Shown one piece after another: positions 1-8,976 of a stretch of DNA of 64,000 nucleotides; the first letter of the stretch is position 1, and each line of letters begins with the position of its first letter. The notes under the pieces are model-generated. The model saw nothing but the letters and a program-made list of their open reading frames with translations, ran no database searches and was not told the DNA's origin. The DNA lies in assembly GCA_965238005.1 (NCBI GenBank), contig OZ250165.1:3552001-3616000 (forward strand), read 5' to 3'. The stretch comes from Longimicrobiales bacterium (lineage in GTDB: Bacteria > Gemmatimonadota > Gemmatimonadetes > Longimicrobiales > Gaopeijiaceae). A program made the position numbers and the translations under genes.

Positions 1-1040
1 AGGCACGTGAAGTCGGGGAGCTCGCTCAGGGACAGGTTCACCTTGCCCGAAGACCCCCGGATCTTGAAGCGCCGGATGGCGTCGACGAAATCGTCGGGAA
101 GATCCTTGGGCCCGACCATCTGGAGGAAGGTCCGTTTGGGATCCAGGGCCGAGACCACAACGGGCGCTCGGATCTCGTCCCCGTTGTCGAGGGCCACACC
201 CACCGCCTCGCCGTTCTTGACGATGACCTGCGCGACGCCGGCCTCGGTGTGGATATCGGCGCCGAAGCGCCTCGCGGCCCCCGCGATCGACTCGCTTACG
301 CCGCCGGTCCCGCCCCGGGCGAACCCCCAGGCGCGCATGGCACCGTCGATCTCCCCCAAATAGTGGTGCAACAGCACGTACGCTGTGCCGGGGGATCGGG
401 GGCCGAGGAACGTGCCGATGATCCCGCTGGCTGACATGGTGGCCTTCAAGGGCTCCGTCTCGAACCACTCGTCGAGGTAGTCGGCGGAGCTCATGGTCAT
501 GAGCTTGAAGAGGGCGTGGAACTGCTCCTCCCCCAATCCACGAAGATGCTTGGCCAGCCGGGCGAACCCGAGGAGGTCCTTGGGACTCAAGGACGTCGGG
601 TCGGGCGGTACCATTGCCAGGATCGGTTTCACCGCCACCGCCAGCTGGTACATGAGCTTGCCGAAGTCGTCGTACGCGTCGGCGTCCCGGGGCGAGTGCC
701 GGTAGAGCTCTCGGCGCGTTTGATCGTGGTCCGCCCAGCGCACCAGATGGTCGCCATCCGGAAGCGGCGTGAACGTGCTCTCGAGCGGGAGGATCTCCAG
801 GCCGTGGCGCGGCAGGTCCAGATCCCGGATGATCTCCGGGCGGAGCAGGCTCACCACATAGGAGCACACGGAGTACTTGAAGCCCGGGTAGATCTCCTCC
901 GTAACGGCAGCGCCCCCGAGCACGTGCCGCTTCTCCAGCACCACGACGCGCTTGCCGGCCCGGGCCAGGTATGCGGCATTGACGAGGCCATTGTGGCCCC
1001 CGCCGATGACGATGGCGTCGTAGCGGTGGTCGGCCGTCAC
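1..1040 (-). CDS. NAD(P)/FAD-dependent oxidoreductase, phytoene desaturase-like (COG1233-type); runs off the left edge
   Basis: Not in the ORF track. Minus strand from GTG at 1040 reads MTADHRYDAIVIGGGHNGLVNAAYLARAGKRVVVLEKRHVLGGAAVTEEIYPGFKYSVCSYVVSLLRPEII, with a GxGxxG dinucleotide-binding motif. The start overlaps the upstream stop (GTGA). Confidence 0.85.
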   Translation of the reverse strand, partial: MTADHRYDAIVIGGGHNGLVNAAYLARAGKRVVVLEKRHVLGGAAVTEEIYPGFKYSVCSYVVSLLRPEIIRDLDLPRHGLEILPLESTFTPLPDGDHLVRWADHDQTRRELYRHSPRDADAYDDFGKLMYQLAVAVKPILAMVPPDPTSLSPKDLLGFARLAKHLRGLGEEQFHALFKLMTMSSADYLDEWFETEPLKATMSASGIIGTFLGPRSPGTAYVLLHHYLGEIDGAMRAWGFARGGTGGVSESIAGAARRFGADIHTEAGVAQVIVKNGEAVGVALDNGDEIRAPVVVSALDPKRTFLQMVGPKDLPDDFVDAIRRFKIRGSSGKVNLSLSELPDFTC

Positions 1041-2230
1041 TTCGTAGCCCTCTTTCTCTCGGGGTTGAAGAAGGGCGTCTCGACGACTTGGGCCTTGGCG
1101 TTCCGTCGCTGGTGCTCCACGGTGACCTCCATGTGGACGGCGGTCCCGGGCCGAGAGTGGCTGGCGTGGAGGTGGGCCAGGGCGATGTACTTCTTGAGGA
1201 TGGGCGACCAGCACCCGCTGGTGGCGTATCCGACCTGCTTGCCCTGGCTGTACACCGGCAGGCTGGTCCGCCAGGCCACGGACGGCAGCTGAGGGGGCAC
1301 CCCGACCTTGGCGTAGACCTCCTCCAGTGATTCCCAGCCCACCTCGAGACCCCGGAGCTCCCATTCCGGCCCGCGGCGCTTTTCGTCGACTAGTGCGCTC
1401 CGCCCCACGAAGGTCTCCTTGTCCAGCTTCACCGTCCAACCGAGACCGATCTCATAGGGCGAGGACTTCCGGTCTTCGATAATGGCCCGGTGCGCCGGCA
1501 CGTAGTCCACGTCGATGAGGACGAGCCCGGCCTCGATCCGAGCCACGTCCAAGGCCAGGATCCCGGCCGGCGTGAGCCCGTAGGGCCCTCCTGCGTCCAT
1601 CAGGGCATCCCAGAGGCGGGGGGCGTCGGGAGGGTCCATCCAGATCTCGTATCCCAGATCCCCGGTGTAGCCCGTCCGAGTGACGGTGACAGGGACATCC
1701 CTTACCCGTGCCGTGGTGAGCCGGAAGAACCCCAGCCCGTCCACGGCCCCATCGGAGACGCTTCCGAGAATGGCGCGGGCGTTGGGCCCCTGGAGGGAAA
1801 GGGCCGCGAGCGAATCGGAGACGTCCGTGATCTCCACGTCCAGACCCAGGGCGTTGTCCAGGAGCCAGCGCAGATTCGGCTCCGCGGCCGTGAGCCGGAA
1901 GGTGTCGTCTTCCAGGCGGGACAGCGTGCCGTCGTCCATGACCTTCCCAGCCTCGTCACACCAGGGCGTGTAAAGGACCTGACCGGGTGCGCACCTGGAC
2001 ACGTCGCGCGTCACCACCCGGTCGAGGACGCGCGCGGCATCGCGGCCCCGAATCTCGTACTTGAAGAGGGGCGACACGTCGAACAGGGCAGCCGAGCTCC
2101 GGATGGCGTAGTACTCGCGATCGTGTGTGAGCTCGTACGATCCGGCGGTTATGTATCCGGCCCACCGGCGCCAGTTCTGGGCCTGGCAGAGGGGAGCCGT
2201 TCTCGAATGGAAGGGGGTGGTCCTCAGCAT
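1037..2230 (-). CDS. Aminomethyltransferase (GcvT/folate-binding) family protein
   Basis: MLRTTPFH start; motifs LFDVSPLFK, GKVMDDGTL, LSLQGP, TRTGYTGDLGYEI, LDVARIEAG and C-terminal TPFFNP. Start placed at ATG 2230 rather than 2305. Confidence 0.9.
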   Translation of the reverse strand: MLRTTPFHSRTAPLCQAQNWRRWAGYITAGSYELTHDREYYAIRSSAALFDVSPLFKYEIRGRDAARVLDRVVTRDVSRCAPGQVLYTPWCDEAGKVMDDGTLSRLEDDTFRLTAAEPNLRWLLDNALGLDVEITDVSDSLAALSLQGPNARAILGSVSDGAVDGLGFFRLTTARVRDVPVTVTRTGYTGDLGYEIWMDPPDAPRLWDALMDAGGPYGLTPAGILALDVARIEAGLVLIDVDYVPAHRAIIEDRKSSPYEIGLGWTVKLDKETFVGRSALVDEKRRGPEWELRGLEVGWESLEEVYAKVGVPPQLPSVAWRTSLPVYSQGKQVGYATSGCWSPILKKYIALAHLHASHSRPGTAVHMEVTVEHQRRNAKAQVVETPFFNPERKRATK

Positions 2231-2613
2231 GCCGATCCAAGGTGTGGGCGTCGGGGCGTGGCGGGATCTTACCGGAGGACCGACAGGGGGGCAATCGGAA
2301 CTCAAACACCCCAGGCTCGCCCCGGTGATGACCCGAGCCTGCGGAGGATGCTAGACGCGCGCCTCCACCCGATCGAGACACCGATTGGTGGCGGTAAGGA
2401 CCTCCGCCACCGCCCTCACATCGTCCCGCAGGGACTCGAGGCCCACCTCGACGGCGGTGACACCCGCGACTCCAACGCGTCGAAGCGCCGGTCGATGGCG
2501 GGCCATGTGGTGTTTGCGACGGCAACACTTCACCAGAGATCGAGGAGCCCTCGCGGGGGCGGCGCCGGGAGCCCATCTTCCCGGACCGGAACCGCACCAA
2601 CAGGGAGGTCCCC

Positions 2614-3451
2614 ATGCTTATCCAGGATGACGCATTCGGCGGGGTTGCCTCGGGAATCGGACTTCCCGTACTGGACGGCTCCCTTCGACGCTCCGACCCA
2701 TGACCAGATCGTGACCCGGATCAGCAGTCAGGAGACGCTGTACCCTGCCTGGAAGTACTACCAGTACTCCAATCTGGGCCTGACGCTGGTAGGCGAGATC
2801 GTGGGCGAGCTCTCGGGTCAGCCCTACGACGAGTACGTCCGGGAGAACATCCTGGACCCCTTGGGCATGACCTCCACCACCCCCGAGATCGGCGAGGTCC
2901 AGGGCACGGAGAAGCTGGCCACGGGCTACAGCGCACCCCGCCGGCATGGGAACCGGGAGAGGCTGGAGCCGTTCGAGGGCCGCGGGATTGCCCCGGCCAT
3001 GGGCTTCGCCTCCACGGTGGAGGATCTGGCCAAGTTCGCGTCGTGGCAGTTCCGGCTACTCGAGACGGGCCGGCATGAGATCCTGGAAGCCAACACGCTT
3101 CGGGAGATGCAGCGGGTTCACTACGTGGATCCCGGCTGGGAGACGAGCCGTGGCCTGGGCTTCAGCGTGTCGCGTCGAGACGAAAAGACGTTCGTGGGAC
3201 ACGGCGGGAGCTGCCCGGGGCACCGGTCCAACTTGCAGATGCAGATGGACGAGAAGATCGCCACCATCGCCATGTCCAATGCCATGATCAACACGGGGAT
3301 CTTCACGCGGCGCGCCTACGAGATCATGGCTCCGGCGATCGAGGCCGCCAGGGAGAGCCCAACTTCTCGGACAGGATCCGGTAGGGGATCTGGCGTCCAT
3401 GTTCGACGACACATCGCTCACCCCATTCCAGCCATGGAGCACACTCGATGA
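2614..3451 (+). pseudogene. Serine hydrolase (beta-lactamase class C-like), 5'-deleted remnant
   Basis: MTHSAGLPRE, YQYSNLG (YxN) and VGHGGSCPG are present, but the SxxK region is missing. GGAGG plus ATG at 2614 is out of frame with the body, which starts near 2627. Confidence 0.75.
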
Positions 3452-3460
3452 GAACGCCGC
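3391..3460 (+). repeat. Diverged direct repeat, copy 1 (copy 2 at 4691-4761)
   Basis: TGGCGTCCATGTTCGACGACACATCGCTCACCCCATTCCAGCCATGGAGCACACTCGATGAGAACGCCGC aligns with 4691-4761, with scattered mismatches. Confidence 0.85.
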
Positions 3461-3472
3461 TGACAGACGGCA

Positions 3473-3501
3473 TTGACCGCTAGGTTCTCCAGTGGTATTA
3501 C
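3473..3501 (+). promoter_or_regulatory. Putative sigma70 promoter of the CHRD gene
   Basis: TTGACC, 17 bp spacer, then TATTAC preceded by TGn; AGGAGG RBS follows downstream. Confidence 0.4.
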
Positions 3502-3543
3502 CAACAGCGGCGAGGTCTTTCGTCCTTCACAGGAGGAGGCTTT

Positions 3544-4094
3544 ATGAAACACACAGTCTAGTAGGATGCGTTATGGTGCTCACTACCTTGGGCTTGATCG
3601 CCGCCTGCTCGGGCGATGACGGACCCGTAGGACCAGCGGGAACAGCGGGAGCAGCAGGATCGGCGGGACCAGCGGGACCGGCGGGACCGGCGGCAATCGA
3701 GAACTTCACCTCGGCACTGGCTGGTACGAATGAGGTGCCCGCCAACGCGAGTACCGCAGCCGGCACCGCCACCATCTCCGTCGTCGGGCCAATCCTCGTG
3801 TATAGAATCGATGTCACGGACATCACAGACGTGACGGGCGCCCATATTCACGGCCCGGCCGCCGCGGGGACCAATACGGGTATCTTTGTGAACCTCTGTG
3901 GTAGGGGCAGCGCTCCAGCGTGCGCAACCGGCACGGTTAACGGAGTCCTCGTGAGTGGCACGGCGACGCCGGAGTCGAACATTTCGGTCGATTCCATGCT
4001 GGTTTTGTTCCGGAACGAGAACTCCTACGTCAACGTGCACACGACCGCAATCCCCGGAGGTGAACTCCGAGGGCAGATCACGACGATGCAGTAG
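3544..4094 (+). CDS. CHRD-domain lipoprotein with short collagen-like linker (start ambiguous, possible 5' frameshift)
   Basis: Lipobox LIAAC; GPAGTAGAAGSAGPAGPAGPA; CHRD motifs LAGTNEVP, AHIHGPA, YVNVHTTAIPGGELRGQI. ATG 3544 follows AGGAGG but is out of frame; an in-frame ATG lies at 3573. Confidence 0.85.
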
Positions 4095-4199
4095 ACTCCC
4101 CGGGCTGGACCTCTGCACGTCGATGAATGAGCGGCGAGCGAGGTATCGGCGGCATGGTCGAACAGCAACTCTCGGGGTCGGGGTCGATGGCGGCGGAGT

Positions 4200-4614
4200 A
4201 AGGAGAACGTCATCTTCCTCGGCCCTCCCAGCGTCGGGAGGACCATTTAGCCATCAGTCTGGCTATCGCCGCCGCGCAGAGTGGCCGCCGCGTCTACTAC
4301 GGTGGCCCTGGCCGACCTCATCACCTCGCTGGAAGAAGCCAAGGCCGTGGGCCGGCTAGGACACCGCCTCAAGACCCTGACCTACCCCTCGCTCCTGGTC
4401 GTCGACGAGATCGGCTACCTACCGGTCAGTCAGACCGGTGCCATGCTCTTCTTCCAGCTGATCACCGGCGCTACGAGCACGCATCCACCGGGCCCACGTC
4501 CAACAAGGGCTTCAAGGAGTGGGGAGAAAACGACGAACTAGAGGCTCGTCACCTCCCCCCGAAGTGTGATATTTTCAACCGCCACATCTGTGACATTTTC
4601 AACCGGCGTTGACA
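4200..4614 (+). mobile_element. istB: IS21-family remnant: frameshifted istB helper ATPase plus right end
   Basis: Fragments ENVIFLGPPSVGRT, LADLITSLEEA, LLVVDEIGYLP, FFQLI and TSNKGFKEWGE in shifting frames. The end carries two TGTGAyATTTTCAACCG repeats (4565-4581, 4589-4605) and terminates in TTGACA. Confidence 0.85.
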
Positions 4615-4690
4615 TCATGCCCCGAGGGGGAGCGGGCAACGGGTCTCGGACACCCCATTCCCTATCAGTCCCGAAGCCCGATTCGCATCT

Positions 4691-4761
4691 TGGCGTCCAT
4701 GCGCGACGAGCACATCGTTCACCCCATTCCGGCGTTGGAGCACGCTCGATGAGAACGCCGC
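4691..4761 (+). repeat. Diverged direct repeat, copy 2; includes the RBS and start of the downstream gene
   Basis: Aligns with 3391-3460 and contains GGAG plus ATG 4749. Confidence 0.85.
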
Positions 4762-7391
4762 ACAGAGCCCCGTTCGCTCCGCTCCTCTGCGCAGGGCTCC
4801 TGGCCTGCGCAGAGGATGCCACTCCGCCTGACGCTGGGGGGCGCTCCGGCGTGTTGGACACCCCGCCGCCCGCACGGGTCGCGGGCTACGAGTGGGCGCG
4901 CCACGGCGGCAACTACATGTACAACTACTACCTCCCCCCCGCCCCTAGCTCCACACCTTGGGCTCCCGCCTGGTCCCCCGACGGTGAGGCCATCGCGGTG
5001 GGCATGAGCGGATCCATCTGGGCGGTGGACATCGAGTCTGGCGTGGACACCGAGCCGGGCGTAGCCACCGAGCTCACGCGAGGCCCCGGGTACCACTCCT
5101 CGCCGGCGTGGTCACCCGACGGACGGTGGATCGTCTACACGGCAGACAACGGCGCGTCGGCCGGTGACGGCGCCCACACGATCCAATTGGAGGTCCTGGA
5201 CCTGGAATCGGGCGAGACCCATGCCCTCACCGACGATGAGTTCGTCTACGCAGACCCGGTATTCTCGCCGGACGGGACTCGGCTGGCCTACGTCTCCACC
5301 CAGCCGAACGGGTACTTCAACGTCTACGTACGCACCGTCGAAGACGGGCACTGGAGTGGGGAGGCGGCGGCGGTCACGTCGGACAACGACTTCGGGCGCC
5401 CCCGCCTCTACTTCGGCTCCCTTGACATGCACCTCTCGCCGACGTGGATGCCGAACGGTGAGGAGCTCCTCCTGGTCTCCAATCGGGACGTGGCACTGGG
5501 GTCGGGCAACGTGATCCGGGTACCGGCCGAGGCGGGCGGCATCGAGCGCGGCCGCACCGTCCTCGCCGAGCAGACCCTCTACCGGGCTCGGCCCGACGTG
5601 TCGCTGGACGGCAAGCGGTTCGTGTACTCGTCGACGTCCGGCTCCGCGGACCAGTACAACAACCTCTACGTGCAGCCTACCGTGGGCGGCGAGCCGTACA
5701 AGCTCACTTTCTTCGAGCACGACGCCTTCCATCCCCGCTGGTCCCCGAACGGCGAGTGGATCGCCTTCATATCCAACGAGGACGGCCTCCCCCAGCTCGA
5801 GCTCCTGGAGACGTACGGTGGGACTCGCCGCTTCCTCGACATCACCGAGCGGCGCTGGAAGGAGCCCATGGGCACGCTCCAGGTGACGGTCCGAGCCGAG
5901 GGTGTCTCTGGGCCCACCGCGGCGCGCGTGACCCTGACAGCGGCCGACGGGAAGGTCTGGGCGCCCCATGACGCCTACGCGCGCATCGGCGGGCTGGGCG
6001 GCTTCCCCGCCTTCCACACCACGGGGAGCTTCTCCCTGGAACTCCCTCCGGGCCCGGCGGACCTCACGGTCATGAAAGGCTTCGAGCTCTACCCGGAACG
6101 GCGGAGGGTCGAGATCCAAGCCGGTGAGGTGACCGAGGTGGACGTCACCCTCCGGCGTCTGGCCGACCTCTCGGCGGAGGGCTGGCACAACGGATCCACC
6201 CACGTCCACATGAACTACGCCGGGAATCTCCACAACACGCTGGAGAACATGATGATGATGTCCGACGCCGAGGATCAGGACGTCGTCAACCAGCAGATCG
6301 CCAACAAGGACAATCGGATTCTCGATCACCAGTTCTTCGTCCCCGGGGGCGGGGCCCACCCGCTCTCCACCCCGGAGCGCGTCCTGGTGGTGGGACAGGA
6401 GTATCGGCCGCCCTTCTACGGCCACGTCTTCATGCTGGGCCTGGAGAATCACCTCATCTCGCCCTTTACGACGGGCTACGAGGGTACGGCCATCGAGAGC
6501 CTCTACCCCTCGAATACGGACATGCTCAGGAAGGCCAAGCTCCAGGGTGCCACCACGGGATACGTGCATGCATTCTCGGGAGATGGAGACCCCTTGGAGG
6601 GCGATCTGGGCGGGGGCAAGGGTTTCATCGTGGACGCTGTCCTGGAGGCCCTGGACGCCCTGGAGTGGTCCACCGCGAGCCGAGCCGGCTTCTATCCCCT
6701 GTACGCGGTCTGGAACAACGACCTCAGGATCACGGCAGTGGGGGGCGAGGACGCCATCAGCAACCTCCACTGGACGCCTCTAGTGGGTGCCATGCGGACC
6801 TACGTTCGCACACCGGACGGCGGGCGGACCATGGAAGGCTGGTTCCAGGGGCTCCGGGACGGCCGTGCCTTCGTCACCAACGGGCCACTCGTCGAGCTCA
6901 TCGTGAACGACAGCATTCCCGGCTCCGAGATCGAGCTGCCCGCCGGAGCCACGAGCGTCGCGGTCTGGGCCCGGGTCCGCTCCATCACACCCCTCACGCG
7001 GGTATGGCTCGTCCACAACGGTCGGGATGTTCAGGAGATCACGCTGTCCGAGGATCGTACGCGCGCCGAGTTCCAGGGTGAGGTGGCGATCCGCGGCAGC
7101 GGTTGGATCCACCTGAGAGCGGAGGGAGTACCTGAGGAGCGCTACCCCCTGGACGCCCGCTTCGCCCAGGCGTTCACCAACCCGGCGTGGTTCACGGTGG
7201 ACGGGGCACCCATCCGGGATCCAGCGTCGGCAGAGTACGGGATCCGGTGGATCGAGAAGCTCACGGCCATGGCGGAAGCGTCGCCCGGCTGGCGCTCCGA
7301 GCACGAGTGGCGTGAGGTCCTGTACCAGTTCCAGCAGGCGGATGGGGTATACGAGCGGCTGAAGGCCGAGGCGGGAGGATTGAACCCGTGA
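4749..7391 (+). CDS. Lipoprotein with TolB-like PD40 propeller and CehA/McbA-type (PHP-like) metallohydrolase domain
   Basis: Lipobox LLAC; repeated PAWSPDG/PVFSPDG/PRWSPNG; GSTHVHMNY, GQEYRPPFYGH, GYVH, GGED, FVTNGP. Confidence 0.85.
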   Translation: MRTPHRAPFAPLLCAGLLACAEDATPPDAGGRSGVLDTPPPARVAGYEWARHGGNYMYNYYLPPAPSSTPWAPAWSPDGEAIAVGMSGSIWAVDIESGVDTEPGVATELTRGPGYHSSPAWSPDGRWIVYTADNGASAGDGAHTIQLEVLDLESGETHALTDDEFVYADPVFSPDGTRLAYVSTQPNGYFNVYVRTVEDGHWSGEAAAVTSDNDFGRPRLYFGSLDMHLSPTWMPNGEELLLVSNRDVALGSGNVIRVPAEAGGIERGRTVLAEQTLYRARPDVSLDGKRFVYSSTSGSADQYNNLYVQPTVGGEPYKLTFFEHDAFHPRWSPNGEWIAFISNEDGLPQLELLETYGGTRRFLDITERRWKEPMGTLQVTVRAEGVSGPTAARVTLTAADGKVWAPHDAYARIGGLGGFPAFHTTGSFSLELPPGPADLTVMKGFELYPERRRVEIQAGEVTEVDVTLRRLADLSAEGWHNGSTHVHMNYAGNLHNTLENMMMMSDAEDQDVVNQQIANKDNRILDHQFFVPGGGAHPLSTPERVLVVGQEYRPPFYGHVFMLGLENHLISPFTTGYEGTAIESLYPSNTDMLRKAKLQGATTGYVHAFSGDGDPLEGDLGGGKGFIVDAVLEALDALEWSTASRAGFYPLYAVWNNDLRITAVGGEDAISNLHWTPLVGAMRTYVRTPDGGRTMEGWFQGLRDGRAFVTNGPLVELIVNDSIPGSEIELPAGATSVAVWARVRSITPLTRVWLVHNGRDVQEITLSEDRTRAEFQGEVAIRGSGWIHLRAEGVPEERYPLDARFAQAFTNPAWFTVDGAPIRDPASAEYGIRWIEKLTAMAEASPGWRSEHEWREVLYQFQQADGVYERLKAEAGGLNP

Positions 7392-8401
7392 GGGTGACCC
7401 GACGGTGCGCTCTTCCTCGCAGCGGTCTCGGTCCATACCCGGGCCGCGGAGTGGCTTTGATCCTGGGGGCGCTCGGCCTGGCCGGGTTAGGAGAAGGGAG
7501 CTGGGTCGCGGGCCTGGGAGGGCAAAGCCGGCTCGCGCCCCTCCCGGGCCGGACCCTGGCAGCGGCTCTCGCTGGACAGACCCCGGCAATGGAGCCGTCC
7601 TCCCAAGAGGCGAGTGCTCTGGCCCGATACTCGCTCGACGAAGATCATCGCGTGCAGTGGAGGCTCCCCAATCGGCTGCGGGAGATCTCGGGCCTCGCAG
7701 TAGCTTCGACGGATCGAGTGTTCACCCACGACGACGAAAGGGCGGTCATCTACGAGATCGACGTCCGGGAGCAGCGTATCGCAAAGAGGTTTGCCCTGGG
7801 TGACCCACCGGTCCGGGACGACTTCGAGGGCTTGTTCGTCCTCGAGGACCGGTTCTTCCTCGTGACGAGCGACGGTGTGCTCTTCGAGAGCCTCGAGGGC
7901 GACGACGGCGAGCGACTCGACTACAACATGTATGTGACCGGGGCCGGTCGCCTCTGCGAGGTGGAGGGTCTCGCCGCCAATCTCCCCCGTACTCACCTTC
8001 TCCTGGCCTGCAAGACTCCCAGAACCCGTGAGCTGCGACCGTGGGTTACCCTGCTGCCCTGGTCCATCGAAGAGCGCCGGCTGGAGCCGGACCGGATGAT
8101 CCGGTTCCCCCTGAACGCGTTCATCGGAGAGGTGAAGGGCGACGAGTTCAGTCCCTCCGGCCTGTCTCAGGTTCCGGGGGACGATCACTTCTTCCTGGTC
8201 GCCGCTGCGCAGAACGCGATTGCGGAAATCTCACTGGACAGCCGCTTCTGGGGGATCGCGTCACTCGACAGAGGGCGGCACCAACAAACGGAGGGGATCG
8301 CTTTCCTCTCGGACGGTACCATGATCCTGGCCGACGAGGGGAGCGGGCGCCGTGGCCGGCTGACCTTCTACCGCATCGATGCCGGCACTCCCGGGAACTG
8401 A
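7388..8401 (+). CDS. Exported beta-propeller protein, SdiA-regulated/YjiK-like
   Basis: LREISGLA, THDDE, DFEGL, EVEGL, FSPSGL, QTEGIAF..DEG motifs. GTGA overlap with the upstream gene. Confidence 0.65.
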   Translation: MRVTRRCALPRSGLGPYPGRGVALILGALGLAGLGEGSWVAGLGGQSRLAPLPGRTLAAALAGQTPAMEPSSQEASALARYSLDEDHRVQWRLPNRLREISGLAVASTDRVFTHDDERAVIYEIDVREQRIAKRFALGDPPVRDDFEGLFVLEDRFFLVTSDGVLFESLEGDDGERLDYNMYVTGAGRLCEVEGLAANLPRTHLLLACKTPRTRELRPWVTLLPWSIEERRLEPDRMIRFPLNAFIGEVKGDEFSPSGLSQVPGDDHFFLVAAAQNAIAEISLDSRFWGIASLDRGRHQQTEGIAFLSDGTMILADEGSGRRGRLTFYRIDAGTPGN

Positions 8402-8474
8402 CGGTCCGCGGGCCGCTGCCTCCCTCGGCATGTTAGATTCCCCCTTCCAGAATCCACGCATCGAGAGGACATGC

Positions 8475-8975
8475 ATGGCCAAGAAGAGCTCCTTCGACGT
8501 ATCCACGGGCGTCGATCTCCAGGAGGTGGACAACGCGGCGAACCAGGCGCGTAAGGAGATCGCTACCCGCTACGACTTCAAGGGCACCGACTGCACGATC
8601 GACTTCGACCGGGCTGCGGGCGAGGTCAAGCTCGAGGCCGACGACGGGTACCGGCTCACGGCAGTTCTGCAGATCCTCCGGGAGAAGCTCGCCCGCAGGA
8701 ACGTCCCGTTGAAGAACCTCGATCAGGGCAAAGCCGAGATCGGTTCCCTCGGTCGGGCGCGCCAGACCATCGGGCTCAAGCAGGGCATCGACCAGGAGAC
8801 CGGCAAGAAGATGGTGAAGGCAATCAAGGACCACGGCTTCAAGAAGGTCCAGGTCCAGGTTCAGGGGGATGAGCTACGGGTCACGAGCCCCTCGAAGGAC
8901 GAGCTCCAGTCCGTCATGGCCTTCCTCAAAGGCCAGGACTGGGGGGTGGAGCTCAAGTTCGGGAACTATCGGTAG
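8475..8975 (+). CDS. yajQ: YajQ family nucleotide/c-di-GMP-binding protein
   Basis: SSFDV..VDLQEVDNAANQARKEIATRYDFKG, QVQGDELRVT, C-terminal FGNYR. Confidence 0.95.
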   Translation: MAKKSSFDVSTGVDLQEVDNAANQARKEIATRYDFKGTDCTIDFDRAAGEVKLEADDGYRLTAVLQILREKLARRNVPLKNLDQGKAEIGSLGRARQTIGLKQGIDQETGKKMVKAIKDHGFKKVQVQVQGDELRVTSPSKDELQSVMAFLKGQDWGVELKFGNYR

Positions 8976-8976
8976 G

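Noticed and set aside
1490..3451. 653-aa ORF that looks like a novel beta-lactamase fusion
   Set aside because: The first 380 or so residues are the antisense shadow of the GcvT-like gene; only the part after about 2627 resembles a real protein.
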